Below, piece after piece: positions 48,165-64,000 of a DNA stretch of 64,000 nt. Position 1 is the first letter of the stretch; every line of letters begins with the position of its first letter. The translations under genes and the position numbers were made by a program. The notes beneath the pieces were generated by a model. That model was given only the letters and a program-made list of their open reading frames with translations, was not told where the DNA came from and did not search any database. Origin of the DNA: the human T2T-CHM13v2.0 reference genome, Homo sapiens; assembly GCF_009914755.1 (NCBI RefSeq), contig NC_060929.1; one strand, written 5' to 3'.

Positions 48165-48303
48165 TAAAGCTTTGCCACCAGCTTGGCTTTCTTCTCATCA
48201 GAACTTAACTAAGTCCAGCAGTCCAAAACACAGCTTTCCCTGTAATCATTTAACTCAGATAGATTGCTTTGGTGTGTGGATGGGTGTTTAAAAAGAAAAC
48301 CAG

Positions 48304-48552
<249 letters not shown>

Positions 48553-49422
48553 TTATTTGAAGAAAACTTTATCATGCACATAGGCTCCAAGTGGAAAGTG
48601 AAGGGGATTGCGCCTGGAGATTTCTGACTGCTGCCAGTCAGGAGAATCAGAGGAAATCCTGGCTCCATGGGCCACAGTGCCAGCTGTGTGGGCTGGAGAC
48701 AGAACAAAGCCCAGCGAGGGGCCTCTGGCCACGCCCAGACTTCCGTGGTAGACAGCAAATGTGTATGAAGTCGAAAGTGCAGTGCCTCACATGTTGTAAA
48801 TGCCCAATAAATGGTAGTAATTAAGAATGGGTATAATTTCCAGGGGTCCAGGATGGAGGAGTTCTGGGAACCCATGGGTCTCTATTTGAAAAGGACTAAA
48901 AATACTTAACATTAAGGAGCAGTCATCTGAGAGTCCAATTCCTGTTAGCATTTTTAGCTACTGTGAAAGCAGCAGGGCAGCATGGATTAAGGAGGCAAAG
49001 CCTTGTACTTGGGCACTGGGGCAAAGACACAAAATAAATAGAAGCCATATCTGTGCCTTTCCAGCCCTGCTGCAACAGGGGAATGCTAGGCCCCAGTGTC
49101 CCCCTGGGGCATTGAAGTGCTGATTGGAGTCAAGCTTAACTGGGAATACTTCCTGAAGCATACACCTTGAATTAGGAGTTTGTAACTACAAGAATCATCA
49201 TTTCTCAGCATTACTGCTGCAATCGGTTGTGAAGTATATTCAAGTAACTTACTACTAATAATGTTTAGGGTAATGAACTTAGGAAATAACTTCTTTTCTA
49301 AGGAGAGCAGATGCAAAGTTATTTCCTGCTTCATTCATTTGCGGCCTTGGTTCATTTGCAGTCCAAGGAGCATGCTTTCGTCAGTTGCAGGGAAGAAGGT
49401 GGTGATATAGCCAGCACCCTAG

Positions 49423-49806
<384 letters not shown>

Positions 49807-50945
49807 TAAGCAACACCTGCCCCTTGGCCTGAGGTTCTTACCTGTTTCCTGTTTGGTTTGGAAGTGGAATGGGAGGGAGAGATACAGATACAGATCACGG
49901 GGTTGTTTGGAGAAAGCCTGAGATGAGCTAAACAGTAAGATGGAGTGGAAAATGTCAGATAGGTATGAGAGAGAGAGAGAGAGCAAGAGAGAGGGAAAAC
50001 TGTTGAGAAAAGTGGAACTGGTGACACACTCCAGCCGTGGCAGATTACAGGGTAGAAGCTGCTCTGTAATTACCTCCCTTCTCCATCATTATTGCAGGTT
50101 TGAGAATGTACTGTACAGTGTTATATGTCAATCAGAACTTCCCCTTTAATCTGAAATGACTGCATCCTCACTATATAAACCTTTACTTTGTGCAGTAGTA
50201 ACTAGAGCAGAGCCCTCTACAATATCACCCAAAGTGTGTGTTTAGTTTGGGCTGTTAGAGAGGCAGAGAACAGAGGCTCACTCAAATATACAGCATTTGT
50301 TCTCAGACAGCCTGGAATATACGTTCAGCCTTTCTATAACGGCCTTTTCAACCCTTGGCGAGCCTCATAAATTTCAGCTCAAGTTCCACAACAGACAACT
50401 TGCTACTGAGATTTTTATTTCAAATTCCATAGAGGAAGGATGCGTTCGGTTCCGTTTATTTTTTAAAGCAGACACTCAAGTTGTAGTTTGCTGGAGAGCC
50501 TGCACTTTGGCTCCCCTTGGATCAGAGCCATCTTCCAAGTCACATGGCTCCTTTTTGTGAATTAGATACAGGTGCCGCCTCTAAATGTACATAGCTTCCG
50601 TAGGCGTCTGCTTGGAGAGCAGAGTATGGGCTGGATGGCATGGTCTCTTGTGCAGTGAACTACCTGTGCAACCATATGTAACAGCTCTGATGCTGGTCCA
50701 GCCATCTGGAGCTGAGAAGCAGCATCATAGGTAGAGCTGATGGCCTGTTCTGGTCATGGCAGGTGACACGGTAGAAAATATATATTATATTATCTCTTCT
50801 TCTCCATCACACCCACTCATCATGGGCAATGAGCAGCTGGTTCAATGAAGAGCATTTCTAATACAATGTGTTATTAAAAAGCTGTCTTTTTTCCTAGATA
50901 TATAAAACCAGTAAGTGCCGTACGGTTAAACGTTGGACATATTAA

Positions 50946-51857
<912 letters not shown>

Positions 51858-52681
51858 TAAGTGGGTTTGTAAAGCATCTCTGAAGAGCCCTTCCCTTGCC
51901 CTAGCTGGCATTAGGACTGGGTCGCTTGTGTAGCTTTTTAAATTGCTTTGTCACGTTGTCTTTCTAACTTTAATGATGTCTTATGGCCTCAAGACATTCA
52001 TGTCCCCTCTCCCTGACTCTGAAATGATTTGCTCTAATGGATCTCTGATATTGAGCATCCTCCCTACTAGAGTTGGGAATTCCTGTTGCCTGCTTGCCGT
52101 TCAAATTTCAGGATATTGGACATGCACAGCACCTGGGAGGTAAAATGTTGATTAACTTTGCTGATTATTCAAGTTTGCCATGGGTGCGGAAATTAGAATC
52201 TAAAAGGCAAGATCCCAGTGGGGTTCCTGTAATTTGCCAATAGGTCCAGCAACACACTTGATTGCACAGACAGGTAGATAAACTCTGAATTTCCTCCTTA
52301 GCAGAAGCAGATCGATACAGATAAAGCATTAGGTATATTAAAAGATGCGAGAGCTGGTCATATTTCCCCTAACAATTATCTCATACTTAATAGTCCTGAC
52401 GCTTGTTTTGCAAAAAGCTGTTTTTCCTAGCTCCTGCAGGCAGTTCTTGGTCAAAGTGTCTGCTGCTGTAGGTACTAATGGTGGGATGCTGGTTGGAGGA
52501 AGTTACTAGGCATGATTCTCCCAGTGGCTGGCTGAGACTGGAGCAGAATTTATAAATATCTGGCTCTCCTAGGTGATGAAGGAGTGTGTTAACCCCTGTG
52601 TACTTGGAGTCCTTGCTTGTGTTTTGTCTGGATGCTGCTGCTAGCTCAGAATGTAGTTAAGTTAGGGAGAGTTGGCACAGC

Positions 52682-52706
52682 AAAAAAAAAAAAAAAAAAA
52701 AAAAAA
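52682..52706. repeat. A25 homopolymer
   Basis: Counted directly; no Alu body adjacent. Confidence 0.95.
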
Positions 52707-53686
52707 GCGGGGGACAAGAGGGAGAACAGAAAACCTCATTGTTGATCATTCCTAAACCCGGCAATGTTTACTTCCTGTTTGTATGCCAATGGTCTTGGGA
52801 GAATGTAAAAGGAAGCTGTTGCCACCTGCTGGATATTTAGTGCATTGCAGAAGAATTGCTTCCCCTGGTTCTGACTTTCTTCTTTGGGCAACTCTTTCTC
52901 AAGCACCTTAACGATGCTTGAGATTTCTGAAGCATCTTAATACCCTTCAGGACACTGTAGTTTTGATCAAACTTTACCAGCCAGTGATTCTGCCCTCGAG
53001 GGTACCATCCGAGTGCTGTCCTTGGCTCTCATACCGAATTAGGCTGAAGCTATACACTCACCCAAACACCTCCGAGATTTTCATCTTCCTTTCTGACAGT
53101 TTCAACCAAAGACCTAATGCATTTCAGAAACAATTTGTTGGCTCTCCTGAAAGAGGGGGAAAAAACATCCCTCTCAGGGAGGCCAGCCTGAACTGGGCCT
53201 GGTTTACAGACTGTCATAAAGAAGCTTGGGTTCAAGTGCATCCACAGATCTGAACTCTAAAAGGGAAAGTATTTTCCAGAAAGTGTCCCTAGTTTAATGA
53301 AAACATAGGCATGACTCGTAATTGTGTTTTAAAATGTTCAGAAGTTACATTGAAACTGAATTTTTTTATCTTAATTTGATAAGCTGCCCTTTTTTTCATA
53401 ATGTAGATAAATCCAGTGATCACAAATTCTCCATTGTGGGGTTCAAATGTATAGGGTTTTCTTTTCTACCTGAAAAGATGGTGAGTTCTTTTTGTTTTAT
53501 GGCACTTTTGGCACATGATCAGCCAATTGGAAGACACACAGCCAACTTAAAAATCAGACATAACTTCACCTCCTGTCAGGGCAGTGTGGTCAAGACCAAC
53601 ACTGCATAGCCTTAGCCAAAACTTTAGAGAAAGGGTGATGAAGAAAACCACACAGAGGCTGTGAGGCTACTAGAAAAGTCTGTCCT

Positions 53687-53997
53687 GGTCGGGAGTGATG
53701 CCTCATGCCTGTAATTTCTGCACTTTGGGAGGCTAAGGCAGGAGGATCACTGGAGGCCAGCAGTTTGAGACCAGCCTGGCCAACATGGAAAAACCTCATC
53801 TCTACTGAAAATACAAAAGTTAGCCAAGTATGGTGGTGCATACTTATAGTCTCAGCTACTTAGGAGGCAAAGGCATGAAAATCACTTGAACTCAGGAGGT
53901 GGAGGTTGCAGTGAGTTGAGATCACGCAGCTGTACTCCAGCCTGGGCGACAGAGCAACACTCTGTCTCAAAAAAAAAAAAGAAAAAGAAAGAAAGAA
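53687..53997 (+). mobile_element. Alu (AluS/J-like)
   Basis: Canonical arms and A tail. Confidence 0.93.
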
Positions 53998-56313
53998 AAT
54001 GATTTGTCCTTCAGTGAGAGCTTCCTTAGGGGGATTCCTCTCTTCCCACTCTGTTACAGGGGGCAGAGTACAAATCCCCCTATAGGTGAGAAGAGTGGCC
54101 ATATCTTTTTTTTCTGCATAGAACATGAGGTACAGAAGCCATTTATCTGCCGTGTTGTCACAGTGACTGTCTAAATATGGATTTGATTATCCCCATTTTA
54201 TTGATAAAGAAACTGAGGCTCAGAGAATCGAAGTGACTCCCCTAAGACCACACAGGGAGTTGGTAGTGAAGCAGGACTGGAATCCAGATCTCCAAGCCCA
54301 GCGTTCTTTGCATTGCACACTAGCGTTGTAAAGCAGGGCTATGAATGGAATTTGTAACTCCACCTTCAGACTCCACATGGGAACTGTCCCTGAATTTTTG
54401 GGAAGATGTAACTCAATAAGACCAGCCTATCAATGACTCTGGAAGCAGGAGAGAGAAAGGGGTAGGAAAAAATAACACTATCGAATCTTCCTGGACCCAT
54501 TTTATGATCAGCCAGTTCCAGAAACTTCCAGGACATCCAACCGTGGAATTAAGATTTCCCCAGATGCAGGCCACTGGGTCTTGATAGAAGAAGTATCCTG
54601 ATTTAGTTTCATCCCTGAGGGAACTCAGGTTTTCACAGTCTTCCCCAAAAGGCAGCATCTTATACCAGAAAGCTCCTAGGTCTTAGGACCAGGATGACAG
54701 GGGTGTGGAGTCCATCTCTGCCACATGCTTACTGATTGACGTTGGACACGTTATTTAACCTCTCTGAGCCTCAATGTCTCATCTGTTACATGGGGATAAA
54801 AATGCAAATTAACAACAGGAGCCCTGTGCTAATCCACTGAGATAATACATTTTTAGAAATTAGCAAAGCGCTTGGCATATAGAAGTTTAACTCAGAGTAT
54901 AGGCTAATGGGATTTGAGAGGAATTATTAAGCACACCTCTGTCTCCTTCCTACCCCTCAGGTTTCACTCAACTAACTGTAGAGTGGATACAAGAGTCAGA
55001 CAGATAGAGACTTATTTTGGAAAAGCAGAATTGAAGAATGCAGCTTGCACATTAGGTCTTTTTAATACCTCACTTTGCATTTCTCCTGCTCTCTTCCCAC
55101 CTCCCAGTGCTGCCTGCTGGTCTCTCATCCCCTGCAGGAGCAGAGTCTGCCTTAGCAAACTTCGGGCTCAGAGGGGCAGAAAAACACATCACCCTTAAAA
55201 AGAGGCCCTCCAGAAGACAGAAATGATAAAGAGCCTCTTTAGTCATGTTCAACTCCTTCTCCCAATCCAGCAACTGGGGAAGGGGCAAATGTCAGATCAA
55301 AGGAAAAGATGGAAGTTGACTTCCCATGGTGTGGGGTTCAAGAGTGATTTTACAGAATAAGCTGCCATGCAATTCATGAAGGCTGGAATGGGCCCCTTTA
55401 AAAGTTGCCTCTCTCTCCTCTTTGTCCTGGGAAGTGAAGAGCTGGGCAGAAATAGAGCTGATACAGAATGCCTTTTGGAAACCCTATCATGCCTGCTAAG
55501 TTCCCAGACTAGGGAAGATGCATCTGTATTCCTGAAAAGAACAGTACTGTCCTTAAAATTACACTCTCTACTCCCTATACTCTCTCCTTCTCCACTCCCT
55601 CCCTTCTTTATTTTAGTCCTTAGCACCTATTACTCACCATCTGACATGCTGTCTATTTTCTATCTTGGTTTAGTTTTGCCCTCTTCAGCTAGCATGAGTG
55701 CAAGAATTTTGCTCCATTTTCTTCCCAGCCGTATCTCCAGTGCCTTGAACTGTGTTTGGCACATCACAGGTGCTTGATGAATATTTATTGACTACATAAT
55801 TCAAAGGCAGCCTCCAGCCCCACTCCAGCCAAGGCTGGGCCAGTTCCATTGGGTTGGCATTGAGATCCCATTGCTGGAACTTACAGCGCTTCACTCCTAC
55901 ATGCAGTCATTTGCAAAAAGACCTACATCTGAAGACGTTCCTTGGGGGAAGTAAGTAGAGCTGGAGGCAGCCGAATCTTCTTAAAAGTTAAAGAAAATCT
56001 GTTTTTCTCCCTTTGGCCCATGAGATTCTAGTCCCTACCCTAAAGCTCTGCTCCCTAAAGTAGAAACTCCAATTCCTACTACTTCTCTCATAAGGAAACT
56101 CAGCAGCCTATGCATTGTAAGTGTCCCCAAACTACAGTGGATTGGAATTAAAATCCTTGCCCTGGTCCCAGAGAATGTACTTGTCAGCAGGAGGAGAAAC
56201 TGTCTGTTACTGAGTACCGCACTAGACACCCCGTATCCAAATACTTAGAATTGCTTTGTTTTCTGATGTTTTAAATACCTTTTGTTTCTGTTTATTAAAC
56301 ATGAAAGTATTGA

Positions 56314-56624
<311 letters not shown>

Positions 56625-58178
56625 TGATTACAAGTAATTTCTAAATTATGGGAAAATGCAAAGAAGAAAATGAAGATTCGTCAAAATTCCATACAGCAAA
56701 ACCACCATTAACATTTAAATGTCTATATTTTCAGAGAATTTCTGCTCCATATAGATACTGATATTTTTTACCCCTCCCTGAAAAAAAAAGCTACTGTCAA
56801 GGGAGTATATTTTGTACCCCACACTTCCACTCAACACGTGTAGATTTGTGTATGCCAATAAATAGAAACCCATGTTGTCGATCCTGATGGCTTCATAGGT
56901 TTCTACTTTATGGATAGATCATCAGTTATTTAATGAATCTCCCATCAAGGAACATCTAGGTTGTTCTAATTTGTCACTATTGTAAATAGCACCTTTGTCC
57001 CCCTGCCTGAGAGGTGGCTTCTTTAGCAGGTAAGAAAGCACAGAGGAGCCCTATTGATTTAGCAGACCTAAGTCCCCATCCCTGATTACAACACCAGGGC
57101 TTTCCAGGGAGTGCATGGTCTGCGCCACCCCCTGCCTGGGGCCCTGGGCGAGTGATAGCGGTGGATCCTGAGCTCACAGACATTCCTGCTCCAAGATCTC
57201 CCTCCTCTCTCCCCCAACACCTTTAGGCAGCGCGGTGTACAGCTTAATGTGATTGCACTCTCAGCTTTCAAACTTCTGCAGAGCTTCACTGCTTCTAGTT
57301 CTTCCCAGAAGCAAAGTTTCTCAGATCCCTGAAAGCCTGAGCCAGGTCTGCAATTCTTTATTCCAAAAACATTTCCTGAGTGCTCTCTGTCTTTGATGTT
57401 GTCATCCTAAGCCCTAAGCGACAACATCCAACAGGCCACAGCGGTCCTTTCCACTGCTCACAGGCCCTCCCCACAGGGATCCTTCTCTGAGGACCCCCCA
57501 TCCCCACGCGCTGCACAAGCTCCAGTTCCCATCCCTCAGACCCTGCCAGCTTTTTCCCTCTCCCCAGTCCAAAGGGAGTAACCCGCAGGAGTTGAGCCAC
57601 TTTCCCTTCTTTTTTACCCTCCAAGCAAAATGTCTTCATAGCTCCGCCTTCTTCCTCCCCTTCCTCCTCCAGTAACAAAACTCATCTGGGAGAGCTCAAA
57701 GGCCTGGAAACGAGCCTGCTTTCCTTTCCTGGGTGTGAGAAGGGCCCAGCTCTCAGAGTACAGTGGATCTTCCAAAGTGGGGAAAGGCTGTCCCAACTAG
57801 AACAAGGCTTCTTGCTAAAGGTGATGTGGGGAGAAAACTCCACGGTGTGAGAAAAGAGGAAAGACGACACATATACATAAAGAAGGAGGCCCCAGTGTCA
57901 GGCCATTTGCAGGCAGTAGGGCATGATCACTGGTGTCCCTAGACTTACTTGGGTGCTAAGGACAACTGCTGATGGTAAGGGAGTCATTGGGAAACTGTCT
58001 AAGAAGGCTGCTTGGGAAGTGGAGCCATGGCGGTTTAGTGGGGACCAAAGAACAGGTTCCATGCAGCCAGGCCTTCTATGCTGAGCCAATTTGTGCAGGT
58101 GGCATTTGGCACAGGCTGATTGTCCAGAGGCCTAGGAGATGACAAGTGAGACAAGGTTGGACTCCAGTAGAAGACTCA

Positions 58179-58650
<472 letters not shown>

Positions 58651-58873
58651 AAGTAAGAGAAGCTCACAAGTGGCTGTTTTCTCTAACTAACTAGAGGAAG
58701 CCTGAGACCAGGTGAAATGTTTTCCAGGAGCTGAAGTCAGTTATATCAGCGGGTAGAAGAAAGCATCACAGCTGTTTCTCCGGGCATAATAGGGTTTTGA
58801 CTGTGACGAGGGGCCTCAGTGAGATGCGCCACCCAGCCAACCCACCTTCCCAGCTCTTTCTCTGGCCCTGTGA

Positions 58874-59161
<288 letters not shown>

Positions 59162-60696
59162 TAGACCCAGAACCCAGCCAAGCCCAACATGTGAGTTATG
59201 CAGCCTGGGAGGACTTCCAGAGACCCAGCGTACCCCTAGCTTTCTATTTTATTCAAGTGTCCACAGCAAACTATAAGAGGTCAATCTTGTAGAAAATGAC
59301 TTAATCAGATAGAACAGAATGTCATCTACACCCAGCCAAATGTCTAGATATTTGAACTGTCTACATAGTTATCTGAAAATGTCCATTTCCACCCGCCCCC
59401 CACATACTCTCTCCCTACCTCTTACCCTTCCATCACCACCTCTCCCCACCAACCCAAAACACATAGTTATCTTCTCAAAGGCCATTTATTCTCCTGGCTC
59501 ACCACTAGACTTCATATTTTCTTGTTCCATCCTGATTCTCTCTTTTAAGCATTTGTTTGATGAGTTGGTTGCCCTGGGACTGGAGCTCTTTAACATTCTC
59601 TCTCCAAGACTGGGATCTCAAAGGTCTCTGCCCACCCTGTGGTTATTGTTGCTACTAGACATGTTTTGCAGTCCAGGGCAAGCACTGGGGCTGGCAAGAA
59701 AATGAATTGTGCCGATTAATTTTTCTTTTAATTAAGATATAATGTCGGTGGGCTAGCCCGTTGTCAGAGGATAAAAGTGTCCTCTCAGTAGATAAATGGT
59801 GACATTTCTGGACTATTATCCCACAGCGGAGCCTGTTTCAATGACTCTATTTCTGCTCTGCCAAATGATTAATGATGTAGATTCTGTCCTTCTGCGTGTG
59901 ACGGCTGGAGTCACAGGAGCGACAGGTACACACTTGCTCACTGCCCCAAAAGCTGACATCTCAGAGGCCAGCCCAGGCCAGCTCCTTTGCCCAGACAGTC
60001 AGGAAGCAGTGTATCTGTAAAAGGAGTCTCTGACTCACATTTCCTTCCCGTAACTTTTCGGTAAAGGAAAAGGTCAGACGTCTGATTGACTCGTGTAGTT
60101 TCCACTGGGGAAGATAAACACATTATCAGCACCCACCCACTGACTCCAGCTCCCTGATGTATTTGAGTCTCTTCAGAGTTCTCTTGAGTGGGGGTGGTAT
60201 CAGGTGCAGTCGGCAGTAAAAGCATGAGGATGGGGAAGGTTGACTTCTTCTCTCCATTTTCTCAAAGAAAGAATCCTGGGCTTTGATTTGTAGTGGATCT
60301 GGCCTGTGGCTAGACCAGCAACCTTGGGTTAGACGGCAGGCAAAAGGAGGAAAACTGAAGTCATTTGCCTTTCTTTTTTTTTTTTTTTTTCCTGGTATAA
60401 GCTAAAATATATATGTTAAGCTTCGGGAATTTGATTGACACAAATTGTGTAGGCAATAGACATCTTTAAATGTTTAAACGTGCTATTAATAGTCTTCAGT
60501 GAGTAAAAGAAACATCACGGCATAATTATTTCTGGAGTGCCACATATTATGTTTTTCTTTACGTGGATCAGTAGTATCTCTGCTACTTACCTTCACATGG
60601 TATGTATGTGTGCTAATTGAAGGCAGCCTTCGACTAATGACTGCAAAGTACCATGGAAACCTATTAAAAAAAAATAGGGGTTCTATTCTCTTCTGA

Positions 60697-61137
<441 letters not shown>

Positions 61138-61694
61138 TAATACCCCTTTATTCCCTGGAAAAGGCAAACTCTCCACTCAGAAGGTAGAATCCATCTCCCT
61201 TTGGGACTCATACCTTGGGAAAAACGTTCTCCATTTCCATTTCCTAGGACTGAAAAAGGCGGCCATTTCCTGCTATGGGGATTTACATTACGCTGTAACT
61301 AGAGACAGCTTTGGTCTTCTTTTCACACTTGCTGTCTTCTTCTTCCTCAGTTTTCACTGTCTGGCCAGTTCAACCAATGAATTGGTGTTCGTGCCTACTA
61401 TGTGCTGAGTAATTTGCTAAGTGCTGGAAGAACAAAACTTTTAAAGTATGTTCTTTGCACTCAAGGAATTGAGGGTCTGATAAAATATGCAGACACAGGA
61501 TGATCACAGGTTAAGTGAAAAGACAGAGGTACATGCAGGGTCTGATGGGATCCCAGAGGGATGCCACTCAGCCTGAGAGGTTCAGGGAAGATTTCCCAAG
61601 AGGAAGTAACAACTGAACCTCAGTGGGGAGTTTTAGCCAACCCTCGTTTTCCCAGACCAGGCAACTTGCCCCACGTGACATCTTTTTAAAACCA

Positions 61695-61965
61695 ATATAT
61701 AACATTAATTATATTATTATTATAATTATTATATAATGTAATTTTATATTACATTTTTATATTATAATGTAAACCCTATATTATATTATAATGTATAATT
61801 ATATACATTATATGTATACATAATATACATATACGTATACATAATATACATATATAATACATTATATGTATACATAATAATATACATTACATTATATATA
61901 ATTACATATATAATTAATGTATAATTATATGTATAATTATAATATTATAATGTAAACCCTATGTT
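61695..61965. repeat. AT-rich low-complexity/(TA)-type repeat
   Basis: Almost entirely A/T, built from tatacat/tataat units. Confidence 0.9.
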
Positions 61966-61989
61966 AAATGCTTTGCTTGTATTATTTTA

Positions 61990-62130
61990 ACTTTTTCAAT
62001 AGCCCCACGAGGATAATTATTACTATCTTCATTTTTCAGATGAGAAAACAGACTCAGGGAAGCTAAATTACCTGTCCAAGGACACAATAGCTAGAAAGGG
62101 CAATGCCAGGACTCGATCCCACGTCTCTCT
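61990..62130 (-). mobile_element. MIR fragment (one of many; others near 5270-5480, 7180-7360, 7940-8130, 10060-10400, 18270-18520, 31430-31600, 54150-54320, 54690-54890)
   Basis: atttttcagatgagaaaacagactcaggg...cctgtccaagg MIR core; boundaries approximate. Confidence 0.7.
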
Positions 62131-64000
62131 TTCTGTCTGACTCACTTGCCAATATGTCACATGCCTTCCTGCTTATCCGTGGTCATCCAGAGCTTCTCAG
62201 CAGAAGTGGATTCTGCTCCAGTCACTTATCTGTCACCAAGAGGGAACAGTTCCTACCATCATGCTAACCCCTTCCCTGGGGAGGGGGAATGTAATGGCAT
62301 ACAAAGCAAAGGCCATAACTTCCTGCACCTTACCTTCAGGTTGCGGGGAGATGGGAGAGAGGGGTAGATCATAAGTAAAAACTAATAAATAAAAATAAAT
62401 AAATAACTGCAGAACAAGACAAGCACTAGGAAGTCAGTAAACAATGGAACAAAGAAAGAGTTTATCAAATGCTTTGGAATCCCTGAGAGTAGAAGGCTCA
62501 GCATCGCCAAAGCTTGGGTTGTAACTTTTTTGCTGTGTAACTGGATTGAAATCCAGCCAGCCCAGGTGACCTCCCTGCAGAGCCAGGCCCCTCCATATTA
62601 AGATTCCGCCTTTGTCTGGCTGAAGTTTAAGTCAAGTCTCCACATTAGGTTAGCAGCAGTCTCCCAGGTTTTTCTTCCTCTGCTGGTATCTGCAAAGTTG
62701 CAAACTGCAGTAGCCTCCTAAAGACAAAAATGGAATGAGATTAGTAGTTAAATCCTTAATGACTGGATTTCAGGGCTGTGTAATTGATTTTTGATATGCT
62801 GCACTGTAGAAGTTGATTATAAGTAGTAATCGTGCCTTTTCTCTGATAAATCAGTTATGCATTTTGACTAAGTTTTCCAAATAAAGATAAATGTGGCCCT
62901 AAAATAAAGTGGCTATAATCCCAACTCCAAATATTAAAACTCTTTCTTTAATAATGGTACTTGTGGTAATTAGCCCAAGTTAGGCACACAAGTCTTATAA
63001 CTGAATTTCTGCCAGGGTTAGATTTGCTGGCATCGTGTTTATGCAAATCAAAACACAGTTTTATCTATCAACACCTCAACATTTAATTGTCTGGTGTTAG
63101 TTCCTGTAACAACAATCACATATCCATTTAGCTCTCTTAAATGAAAATCACTATGAGATTATAACAGGTTGAGTGGACTGAAAATGTAATTTGAAAATGA
63201 GGGAGAAAGCCTGGAATTTATTTGCATCTCATTTATTTTAATTCAGTTCGTAAACTGTTTAGTGAATGAAATGAAAGCAACTTCTGGAAATGGCAGGAGA
63301 GCAGTTGGAAGAAGGTATAAGGGAAATGTTGGGTGTGATGTGGATTGAGGGAACTGGGGAGTGGCCATTTCGTCAGATGTTTCGTGAGCCCATGGCAGGG
63401 AGTTTGCAGCCCCTAAGCCGAAGGTACCCATTGGCCCCATAAGGCTAGCAGGCTGTCTCACCATTGGCAAGATGGGCTCTTCTCTCCCTATCTATCTATC
63501 TTAGTCTTGCTGTGTCTTTTCATCCCTGCTCCACTGTCACATGAGGGCATGAAAGTTCATTTATTCAAAAGATGTTTATTAGGTGCCAACACTACAGTCA
63601 GTACCACGGAACAAGGAGACTCTAGAGAGATAAAGAAAACTGGGTGGCACCGACTAGCTAACGGTCTCATGGAGAAGACAATATTAGTAGTGTGATGTAA
63701 GCTATAATACAGGCCAAAAGCACAAAGAAAGGGATACTTAACTGTATCTGCTGGAAGAGGATAGGCCACGGCCAGGTAACAAATTAACCCTGAAATCTCA
63801 TGGGCGTAACACATCGCAGTCCAAATGCATCGGGCGGCTCTTCTTAATGAGGACTTGCTCCAGTTGCTCTGTCTTGCGATCCTGCCATCTTAAGCACAGG
63901 CTCTGTGCAGTTGCTGCAGCAAGGGAAGAGAGTTTGGGTGATTCACGAGAGCTTAATAAGCAGGCCTGGATACGGCAGGCCTCACTTCCACCCACCCTGG

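Noticed and set aside
62400-64000. Antisense lncRNA overlapping the 3' part of TENM2
   Set aside because: I recall such an annotation near this part of the gene but cannot define exons or a promoter from the sequence; needs a GENCODE lookup.

Overview
This is primate genomic DNA (Alu-rich, most likely human; I cannot exclude another great ape from sequence alone). The whole 64 kb lies inside the + strand teneurin-2 gene (TENM2/ODZ2). The first ~23 kb is intron. Twelve GT-AG coding exons follow (23194-60987, 2951 nt in total) and join in one open frame with consistent phases. They encode the post-EGF cysteine-rich/TTR region, the FN-plug (Ig-like) domain, the NHL beta-propeller and the start of the YD-repeat shell. 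One exon is a 21-nt microexon (44591-44611, NKEFKHS) that the ORF track misses; it is the known teneurin-2 beta-propeller splice switch. The introns hold Alu, MIR, L2, old L1, MER5/MER20/MER58/MADE1/Zaphod-type DNA transposon relics, two solo LTRs and microsatellites. I found no sequence evidence for a new multi-gene system. The best candidates for something undescribed are a possible poison microexon at 50898-50910 and two weaker ones, a perfect 58-bp tandem duplication just after the last exon, a templated insertion inside an Alu, a (GT)30 tract near a splice donor, a sense-oriented solo LTR and several motif-rich candidate enhancers. Repeat family names come from recalled consensus sequences and should be confirmed with RepeatMasker/Dfam.
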